Source: an uncultured Bacteroidales bacterium (lineage in GTDB: Bacteria; Bacteroidota; Bacteroidia; Bacteroidales; FEN-979). Taken from it: a stretch of DNA of 64,000 bases. Positions within the stretch are counted from its first letter, which is position 1. The number at the start of each line of letters is the position of its first letter. Position numbers and translations under genes: made by a program. Positions 57,393 to 64,000 of this stretch are shown in pieces. The notes beneath the pieces were generated by a model that made no database searches, was not told the DNA's origin, and saw nothing but the letters and a program-made list of their open reading frames with translations. The DNA is taken from assembly GCA_963800585.1 (NCBI GenBank), contig CAWDBP010000002.1:93002-157001 (forward strand), in the 5' to 3' direction.

Positions 57393-57503
57393 AGCCATCA
57401 AATATTTTTGTCAAGTGTTTTTTTCCTAAAACCATTGAATATGTTAATAAATCAAAATTTTTGTTAATAAATATACTGCGGAAAGCCTTACCTGACAGGC
57501 CAT

Positions 57504-58463
57504 TCAAACAAAATGCCTGCCATATCCTTTTAGAAAGGTCAATGAATCCATGACTTTTCGTCCGGCAAGTTGTATCTCAGAAAGAATAATAAAACCATTC
57601 CTGGCGGCTATTTTCAAGTATGTCTTACCATCGCTGCTGATAGTACCAGGGGATAAAAAGTGGAGAACAATTTCTTTTTGTACCCGGAATATTTTAAAGT
57701 AAAAAGAGGTCCCATCCGCAGCAACCAGTTCAGTATACGCGCCGGGATGCGGGCTCATTCCTCGAATGAAATTATATATCGTCTGAACATCATTGTTCCA
57801 ATTAATCCTGCAATCTTCTTTACCGATCTTTGGTGCTATCATCAATGGGGTTGCTCCAATAGCCGGCACCTCAGATTGTGGAAGGGAAGGCACATTCCCT
57901 GATTCAATGGCTTGTACAGTCTTAACAACCAGACGGGCACCAACCGCCATCAGTTTATTGTGAAGTTCTCCTGCAGTTTCATCAGGAAGTATACCTACTG
58001 ATTCCCTGAAGATAATGTTGCCGGTATCTATTTTTTCATCAATAAAGAAAGTAGTAACTCCTGTTTCTTTTTCCCCATTGATCAGCGCCCAGTTAATCGG
58101 TGCAGCACCGCGGTAGAGAGGAAGTAATGAAGCATGAAGATTGAATGTTCCCAATGCAGGAAGTGACCAGACCTCCTTTGGTAACATACGGAAGGCAACT
58201 ACAACCTGGAGATCAGGTTTAAGAGACCTTAGCTGATGGAGAAACCCAGGGTCTTTAAGGTTCAACGGCTGAAACAATGGCAGATCTCTGCTAATCGCAA
58301 ATTCCCTGACAGGTGATGGATGTATTTTAAGTCCTCTTCCTGAAAGATGATCCGGTGCCGTAATTACACCGGCAACAGGATAACCTGCATCAACCAGGCT
58401 ATGCAGCGAGGCAACTGCAATTTCCGGCGTCCCAAAAAATACGATTCGTGGATGATTCTTCAT
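57504..58463 (-). CDS. fmt: Methionyl-tRNA formyltransferase
   Basis: 319 aa with IVFFGTPEIAV, NLHASLLPLYRGAAPINWALINGEKETGVTT and the C-terminal Fmt domain. Confidence 0.9.
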   Translation of the reverse strand: MKNHPRIVFFGTPEIAVASLHSLVDAGYPVAGVITAPDHLSGRGLKIHPSPVREFAISRDLPLFQPLNLKDPGFLHQLRSLKPDLQVVVAFRMLPKEVWSLPALGTFNLHASLLPLYRGAAPINWALINGEKETGVTTFFIDEKIDTGNIIFRESVGILPDETAGELHNKLMAVGARLVVKTVQAIESGNVPSLPQSEVPAIGATPLMIAPKIGKEDCRINWNNDVQTIYNFIRGMSPHPGAYTELVAADGTSFYFKIFRVQKEIVLHFLSPGTISSDGKTYLKIAARNGFIILSEIQLAGRKVMDSLTFLKGYGRHFV

Positions 58464-58470
58464 ATTTCCG

Positions 58471-58503
58471 GATAAAAAAATTGCCTGTTTTCACAGGCAA
58501 TTT
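58471..58503 (-). terminator. Intrinsic terminator downstream of the YfgM-like TPR gene
   Basis: The minus-sense hairpin is ATTGCCTGT-GAAA-ACAGGCAAT followed by TTTTTTTA. Confidence 0.8.
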
Positions 58504-58553
58504 ACTTTATTTTTATCGATCATGAACAAAAAAATCTCAGTTCATGCCAGTGA

Positions 58554-59246
58554 TTACTTATTTTTCAGGAGTCCGTTCGCCCTGGCAATGTATTTATCAA
58601 TTTCCCGGCCTTCATTGGTTTTTGAAAAGTCGGTCTTTATCCTTGTATAAGTTTTCAATGCAAGATCATTTTTGCCTTCAAGTTCATAAGCCATTGCCGC
58701 CTTCATAAGGAACATCGGAGTGGTAAGGTCGTTCTTTTTTTTGTTAGCAGCTTTGAGGTAGCAGTCTATGGCTTTATCCGTATTGTTCAATTCCATGTAA
58801 GCATCCCCGGTTGCACCAATTGCCATGGGGCCGACAAGTTCATCACCCGAGCTGAATTTATCCAGTTGATCGATTGCAGTCTGGAATTCACCTTTCTTCA
58901 AGTAACAGATCCCGGCATAGTAGTGAGAAAGGTTTGCTGATTTGGTAAATTTATATTGATCGATGATATCCAGAAATCCGAGGTAGTTGCCATCACCTTT
59001 TAATGCCTTTGTGATTGAATCCATCTCGAAGTACTTTTCAGCCATGAACATCTGCGATTGTGCTTCTTTTTCCCTGGGAGCGAGGTAAATCCTTTTAAAC
59101 CCAAAGTATCCAAGAACTACAACTATGATAGCGCCAACAACGATCAGGATGATCTTTTGGTTCCTTTCAATAAATTGTTCAGTCTTACTGAATGCTTCCT
59201 CAACAGCTACAATTCTTTCCTCTGTTTTATCGACTTTTTTTGCCAT
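58554..59246 (-). CDS. Membrane-anchored TPR protein (YfgM-like)
   Basis: 230 aa with an N-terminal TM (IILIVVGAIIVVVLGYFGF) followed by TPR-like helices. Confidence 0.6.
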   Translation of the reverse strand: MAKKVDKTEERIVAVEEAFSKTEQFIERNQKIILIVVGAIIVVVLGYFGFKRIYLAPREKEAQSQMFMAEKYFEMDSITKALKGDGNYLGFLDIIDQYKFTKSANLSHYYAGICYLKKGEFQTAIDQLDKFSSGDELVGPMAIGATGDAYMELNNTDKAIDCYLKAANKKKNDLTTPMFLMKAAMAYELEGKNDLALKTYTRIKTDFSKTNEGREIDKYIARANGLLKNK

Positions 59247-59316
59247 GGTATTTTGTTGATTTGAGGTGCAAAATTATATTTTTTCTTGATACCAAGCCAT
59301 ATACCTTCGATTTTTT

Positions 59317-59324
59317 TACATTTG
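59317..59324 (+). promoter_or_regulatory. Candidate -7 box TACATTTG upstream of trmH
   Basis: Exact TAnnTTTG, 29 nt upstream of ATG 59353. Confidence 0.5.
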
Positions 59325-59352
59325 TCGCTCGTTACCAACGTTTTGAAAAAAA

Positions 59353-60054
59353 ATGAATAACTCTATGAATCTCAGTTTTCAGCAAAAAGAACAATTATAT
59401 TCCTTTCTTACCGGATTCATTTCAGATAATAAGAAAAATAAATTTGAAGAAATTATTCTTCAGCGTACCCGTTACATCACAGTTGTACTGGAAGATATTT
59501 TTCAACCCCATAATGCCAGCGCAGTGCTCCGGTCCTGTGATTGTTTCGGGATCCAGGACGTTCATATCATCGAAAATAACAATAAATATGAAATTAATCC
59601 GGACGTTGCACTGGGATCGTCGAAATGGCTGAGCCTCTATAAATATAATGAGACAGGAAACAACACCACTGCCTGCCTTGAGCAGCTTAAAGATAAGGGA
59701 TACCGCATAATAGCGACTACTCCTCATAAAAATGATTTCTCTCCTGAAAAACTTCCGTTGGATCAAAAAACCGCTCTCATCTTTGGTACTGAAATGGAAG
59801 GTCTTACATCGAATGTTTTGGAAATGGCCGATGGATTTGTAAAGATCCCGATGTACGGATTTACCGAGAGCTTAAATATTTCAGTATCTGTTGCCCTGCT
59901 TGTAAGAAGTATCATCGAACGTTTGCACAATTCGGAAATTCAATGGCAGCTATCCGGGCAGGAAAGCCTGGATATCCGGATCGCATGGGCAAAGGGTGTT
60001 GTAAAAAAAGCCGAACTCCTGGAGAAGGAGTTTATGAGGAAAATTAATAGCTGA
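59353..60054 (+). CDS. trmH: SpoU/TrmH-family tRNA/rRNA 2'-O-methyltransferase
   Basis: 233 aa with NASAVLRSCDCFG, LIFGTEMEGL and ESLNISVSVA SPOUT motifs. Confidence 0.75.
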   Translation: MNNSMNLSFQQKEQLYSFLTGFISDNKKNKFEEIILQRTRYITVVLEDIFQPHNASAVLRSCDCFGIQDVHIIENNNKYEINPDVALGSSKWLSLYKYNETGNNTTACLEQLKDKGYRIIATTPHKNDFSPEKLPLDQKTALIFGTEMEGLTSNVLEMADGFVKIPMYGFTESLNISVSVALLVRSIIERLHNSEIQWQLSGQESLDIRIAWAKGVVKKAELLEKEFMRKINS

Positions 60055-60079
60055 CATGTCTCAGGTCGCTTTTTTTTTC

Positions 60080-60087
60080 TAAATTTG
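60080..60087 (+). promoter_or_regulatory. Candidate -7 box TAAATTTG upstream of the THX gene
   Basis: Exact TAnnTTTG, 35 nt upstream of ATG 60122. Confidence 0.5.
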
Positions 60088-60121
60088 CAGAGAAAGATGT
60101 AATCAAATAACAGAAAAATCT

Positions 60122-60499
60122 ATGGGAAAAGGAGATAAAAAAACAAGAAGAGGCAAGATTGTCATCGGTTCTTACGGTGTAAGAAGGCCGCGCAGAATCA
60201 AAAAAGCAGTCGTGGTTGCAGATATAGCAATAAAGACAAAACCAAAGAAAGTCCTGGAACAGAAACCCAAGAAAGTGGTTGAAGGACCAGTAGTTGTGGC
60301 TGAACCTATCATCGTTCAGGAAGAGGTCATTGTTAATGAACCAGTTGCTGTGGCTTCCGCCCAGGTGGAAATCCCCCTGGATATTAAGCCAGCCAAAGCA
60401 CCTGTTAAAAAAGCAGTTACAAAAAAGACAACCGTAAAAGCAGAGAAACCCGAAAAGGCAGAGAAACCGGAAAAGAGAAGAGAAACCGGAAAAAGCTGA
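60122..60499 (+). CDS. 30S ribosomal protein THX fused to a long Lys/Ala/Pro/Glu-rich tail (tail probably continues to 60587 after a frameshift)
   Basis: The N-terminus MGKGDKKTRRGKIVIGSYGVRRPRR matches the THX signature. The rest is low-complexity (KPKKV, AEKPEK repeats). Confidence 0.75.
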   Translation: MGKGDKKTRRGKIVIGSYGVRRPRRIKKAVVVADIAIKTKPKKVLEQKPKKVVEGPVVVAEPIIVQEEVIVNEPVAVASAQVEIPLDIKPAKAPVKKAVTKKTTVKAEKPEKAEKPEKRRETGKS

Positions 60500-60625
60500 A
60501 GCCGGAGAAGCAAAGCCGAAAGCCGTAAAAGCCAAAAAGAAGGTTGCTAAACCCGTTGAGGAAAAAGAAAAACCTGTTAAAGAATAACACTGAATCTTTT
60601 ATAAATGAACTGTTTCAACGTTCAG

Positions 60626-60660
60626 ACGTCTGGCTTATGCAAATTTGCCAGGCGTTTTTT
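60626..60660 (+). terminator. Intrinsic terminator downstream of the THX gene
   Basis: Stem ACGTCTGGC (60626-60634) with GCCAGGCGT (60647-60655), including one G-U pair, followed by TTTTTT. Confidence 0.75.
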
Positions 60661-60672
60661 ATTTATATTTTT

Positions 60673-61299
60673 ATGTTAAAGCGGTATTTCCCTTCGCTGA
60701 ATGCGGATCAGCTTGAGCAGTTTGAACATCTTGGCATGTTATACCGGGAGTGGAATAAAAAGATCAATGTGATTTCCAGGAAAGACATTGACAACCTTGA
60801 GGTTCATCACATTTTACATTCTCTTTCTATCGCAAAAATCTTTTCGTTCATCCCTGGCACAAGGATATTGGACGCAGGTACGGGAGGGGGTCTTCCGGGA
60901 CTTCCTCTTGCAATCTTTTTTCCCGAAGTGGAATTTACTCTTGCCGATTCTATTGAAAAGAAGATCCGGGTTGTAGAAGAGATCTGTTCGGAACTCAGGC
61001 TCAACAATGTTAAACCCGTAAGGATACGGTTTGAGGAAATCAAGAATAAATACGATTTCATCACTGGCAGGGCTGTAGCAAAGCTTCCGGATCTTTACAG
61101 TATGTTACGTAATAAAATATCGTCTCATTCAGTTCATTCTTTTTCTAACGGATTGATTTACCTAAAGGGAGGTGATTTGAAATCAGAACTAACAAAACCG
61201 ATCCCTGCATATCAGGTTTATCCCCTTTCAATTTATTTTTCTGAAGAATTTTTTCAAACCAAGAAGCTGGTGCACATCTATGAATTATCACTTCATTAA
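60673..61299 (+). CDS. rsmG: 16S rRNA (guanine527-N7)-methyltransferase
   Basis: ORF 60544..61299. ATG 60673 gives MLKRYFPSLNADQLEQFEHLGMLYREWNKKINVIS and ILDAGTGGGLPGLPLAI. The upstream extension overlaps the THX tail and terminator, so it is unlikely to be real. Confidence 0.85.
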   Translation: MLKRYFPSLNADQLEQFEHLGMLYREWNKKINVISRKDIDNLEVHHILHSLSIAKIFSFIPGTRILDAGTGGGLPGLPLAIFFPEVEFTLADSIEKKIRVVEEICSELRLNNVKPVRIRFEEIKNKYDFITGRAVAKLPDLYSMLRNKISSHSVHSFSNGLIYLKGGDLKSELTKPIPAYQVYPLSIYFSEEFFQTKKLVHIYELSLH

Positions 61300-61429
61300 A
61301 TTTTGATCTTCAGCCTGATACGAAAAATGAACGATCCGAAGAGAAAATATTCATTGCTCATCTCATAGATTTTTCATTAATTAGCTGAAAATTTCCATCA
61401 TCATTATTAATCCTAAAAAGGAGGAATTT

Positions 61430-63505
61430 ATGGCCGAATACAAAAAATATGTTCCCTTCGTCTCGGCAGAGACAAACATGAAAGAATTTACCGTCAGGGC
61501 CCTAATCATTGGTTTGTTTTTCGCAGTTATTCTCGGCGCCGCCAATGCATACCTTGGTCTGAGGGCAGGTATGACCATTGCAGCAACGTATCCCGCAGCT
61601 GTTTTGGGTATGGCGATCCTGAAAGTGTTAAAAGGATCAATCCTGGAAGAAAATTTTGCACGTACCGTTGGCTCCATCGGGGAATCGGTTGCCGCAGGTG
61701 CCATTTTTACCCTGCCTGCATTCTTCGTTTCCGGGATCTGGAGTGAATTCTTTACATTAGGTCATTACATAACCTCCACACTGATCCTCATTGCAGGCGG
61801 TGTTCTTGGTATTATGTTTGTCGCCCTCCTCAGGCGTGTGATGGTGGAAGATGCTGAACTCCCCTTCCCTGAGTCAATAGCAGCCTCTGAAATCCATAAG
61901 GCTGGACAGTCGGGTGCAGGTGGTTCAAAATTCCTTTTTGCCGCCATGGGACTTGGAGCCCTGGTAAAGATATTAGGGGAATTGAGGTTGTTTCAGTACC
62001 TGTGGGAAAAGTTCGTCGTTTTCGGTAAACAAACGATCACAGGCACGGTTTTCCAGGGTAATGGAGGCATGATGCTTAGTTCACCCGGTGTAAGCCCTGC
62101 TTACATGGGTGTTGGATATATTATAGGACCAAAACTCGGCGCATTGAACTTTAGCGGAGGACTCCTTGCCTGGGGATTGATGGCCCCGATGATAATGTAT
62201 TTTCTGATGCCGAGTGTCAACCTGCACGATTGGGCTACATTCCTTATGACTAAAGATGCCACACTGACAATGGATACTGCAATGTCTAAAGTTTCAGATC
62301 CCAGCTATCAGATCTTCCAGATCTGGAAATTCATTATCCGTCCGATTGCCATTGGCGGTATGTTAGTGAGTGCGGCATTCACCTTGTTCAGGATGAGGAA
62401 AAGCCTGAGTACAGGGATTGCCCGTTCTGTCAAAGATGTAAAGAAAGCAGCCAGCGGAATTGATTCCCATGTTCCAAGAAATGAAAAAGATATCAGTTTT
62501 GGCTGGATTATGGTTGGTATTGCAGCCGTTGCCGTCCTGACTTTCGGGATTACTTATTTTATTTTTGAAACAAATCTTCTTATTGCTATCGTGGCATCAA
62601 CTGTCATGATCATCCTGGCATTCTTTTTTGCCTCCGTATCCGGCTATCTTGTGGGGATTATGGGATCATCGAATAACCCGATCAGCGGACTGACCCTGAC
62701 AGCACTGGTTGTCACCGCACTGATCCTTGTTGCCCTGGGTGTCCAAGGCAATGCAGGCGTAGCAACGGTTTTAGGTGTTGCTGCCATTGTTTGTGTATCA
62801 GCGGCAGTTGCCGGAGAGATGCTTCAGGATTTGAAAGCCGGTCATATTCTTGGTGGTACGCCGTGGAGAATGCAGGTTGGGGATATCCTCGGTGTGATCC
62901 TTGCGGGTGCTGTCATGTTTGCCGTTCTTGCTTTCCTCAATGATGGTGATATTGCAAGCGGAAAAAACCTTGGCTATTCCGGTGGTTTTGGAAGCAAGAA
63001 CCTTCCTGCTCCCCAGGCCAGCCTTATGGCCATTCTTTCAAGGGGGATTGTCCAGGGACAAATGGCCTGGCCCCTTATTATCGCAGGAATGCTGATGGGA
63101 ACAGCCTTTATCCTGATGCAAGTTAAGAGTCCGATGCTTGTCAGCGTCGGGATGTATTTGCCCATCGAAACTACTTTTGCAATTTTTGTCGGTGGTTTGA
63201 TCAAAGGTGCCGTAGATATGTTCACTGATAAGAGAAAATTCAACGCTGCTCAGAAAGTAAGGGTTGAAAACACAGGCGTACTTCTCGCATCCGGATTGAT
63301 TGCAGGAGAGGCTTTGATGGGGTTGGCCATCGCCATTTTTGCAGTGTTCAATATATTCCTTTACAATTATTTCAGTTTCTTCAAAAACCCGACCTTCTAT
63401 ATCAGCTTCATCGTCCTTGCAATTATCGCATATGTATTGATCCAGATTCCGTTAAAAAATGCAGGTAAGCCTGATGAACCGGCACCACCTGCTTCAGGAA
63501 TGTAG
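61430..63505 (+). CDS. OPT-family oligopeptide transporter
   Basis: 691-aa polytopic protein with N-terminal FTVRALIIGLFFAVILGAANAYLGLRAGMT and SGYLVGIMGSSNNPISG motifs typical of bacterial OPT proteins. Confidence 0.85.
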   Translation: MAEYKKYVPFVSAETNMKEFTVRALIIGLFFAVILGAANAYLGLRAGMTIAATYPAAVLGMAILKVLKGSILEENFARTVGSIGESVAAGAIFTLPAFFVSGIWSEFFTLGHYITSTLILIAGGVLGIMFVALLRRVMVEDAELPFPESIAASEIHKAGQSGAGGSKFLFAAMGLGALVKILGELRLFQYLWEKFVVFGKQTITGTVFQGNGGMMLSSPGVSPAYMGVGYIIGPKLGALNFSGGLLAWGLMAPMIMYFLMPSVNLHDWATFLMTKDATLTMDTAMSKVSDPSYQIFQIWKFIIRPIAIGGMLVSAAFTLFRMRKSLSTGIARSVKDVKKAASGIDSHVPRNEKDISFGWIMVGIAAVAVLTFGITYFIFETNLLIAIVASTVMIILAFFFASVSGYLVGIMGSSNNPISGLTLTALVVTALILVALGVQGNAGVATVLGVAAIVCVSAAVAGEMLQDLKAGHILGGTPWRMQVGDILGVILAGAVMFAVLAFLNDGDIASGKNLGYSGGFGSKNLPAPQASLMAILSRGIVQGQMAWPLIIAGMLMGTAFILMQVKSPMLVSVGMYLPIETTFAIFVGGLIKGAVDMFTDKRKFNAAQKVRVENTGVLLASGLIAGEALMGLAIAIFAVFNIFLYNYFSFFKNPTFYISFIVLAIIAYVLIQIPLKNAGKPDEPAPPASGM

Positions 63506-63530
63506 TAACCAGTTAACTTATAATAATTAT

Positions 63531-63568
63531 AAGACCTCAAAGGTGATCTACCTTTGAGGTCTTATTTT
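63531..63568 (+). terminator. Intrinsic terminator downstream of the OPT transporter gene
   Basis: Perfect 13-bp stem, AAGACCTCAAAGG (63531-63543) with CCTTTGAGGTCTT (63551-63563), then ATTTT. Confidence 0.85.
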
Positions 63569-63573
63569 AAAAA

Positions 63574-63984
63574 ATGAAAGCATTGAATTTCTTTCAGCGA
63601 AGAAGAATCCTGAAAAAGTCCAATTATCTGGACCTGACCCCGTTTAGAATGATGGAGTTTGAGATCCTGGAAAACGGCAAGGTGGATCTGTTAATGCCAA
63701 GATTCAAGCATCATATTTTAAAGCGGGCATTACAACCGAATTGGAAAAAGGCATTTATCAGGATCCATTTAGATGAAATTGGTTCTGCGATCTGGACCCG
63801 GATCGACGGGACCAGCAATGTGAATGAACTTTGCAATCGTTTACAGGCGATCTATCCTGAAAAACTTCCTTCGCAGGAGGAAACAGAGGAGCGTGTAACC
63901 CAGTTTCTTTCACTGCTTTACCAGGAAAGATATATCACATTCAGGGAAATAACTGTAGAAAAAAAACCTGATCAAGGCAAATAA
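63574..63984 (+). CDS. PqqD-family (RiPP-recognition-element-like) protein
   Basis: 136 aa. LDEIGSAIWTRIDGTSNVNELCNRLQAIYPE...EERVTQFLSLLYQERYITF fits the PqqD pattern. Confidence 0.55.
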   Translation: MKALNFFQRRRILKKSNYLDLTPFRMMEFEILENGKVDLLMPRFKHHILKRALQPNWKKAFIRIHLDEIGSAIWTRIDGTSNVNELCNRLQAIYPEKLPSQEETEERVTQFLSLLYQERYITFREITVEKKPDQGK

Positions 63985-64000
63985 TTTCCTATATTTGGGG

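Noticed and set aside
60544-60672. The upstream extension of the rsmG ORF (non-ATG start at 60544).
   Set aside because: It overlaps the probable true end of the THX tail and a canonical terminator hairpin (60626-60660). The conserved RsmG N-terminus begins at ATG 60673.
1-64000. A search by eye for tRNA, rRNA, tmRNA, riboswitch-like leaders, integrase/att sites, toxin-antitoxin pairs, restriction-modification or other defence genes.
   Set aside because: I recognised none. A tRNA or small ncRNA could be missed without a covariance-model scan (tRNAscan-SE/Infernal), so this is absence of evidence only.

Overview
This is a chromosomal segment from a Bacteroidota-type genome. Supporting this: two proteins with T9SS C-terminal sorting domains, TAnnTTTG -7 boxes upstream of many genes, almost no Shine-Dalgarno sites, a ribosomal protein THX gene, and SurA/PpiC, TMTC-like and DUF5686 genes. 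Most of the window is housekeeping: malic enzyme, guaB, PPIase cluster, MoxR, pstSC(A)B, icd, aconitase, citrate synthase, fmt, trmH, rsmG, two HU genes, mpg and an OPT transporter. I found no rRNA, tRNA or CRISPR. The unusual parts are: (1) a 1529-aa protein fusing an acyl-AMP/CoA ligase, about 750 aa of unknown sequence and a C-terminal GNAT. (2) Two 1692-bp, about 99.8 % identical IS copies in inverted orientation (28681-30372 and 39158-40849). They bracket 8.8 kb carrying aconitase, citrate synthase and a crotonase/HBD/thiolase/FabK-like operon. A third IS (IS5 family, TTAA duplication) sits directly next to them. (3) Many intergenic regions are built from degenerate 7-nt (sometimes 8-nt) tandem words. 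These are strand-asymmetric, recur at distant loci, and in three cases supply the last codons and stop of a gene. (4) Frameshifts cluster in three places: pstA, the thiolase/FabK-like junction, and the tail of THX. No tools were run, so every function call rests on motifs I recognise in the translations, and homology claims still need a database search.
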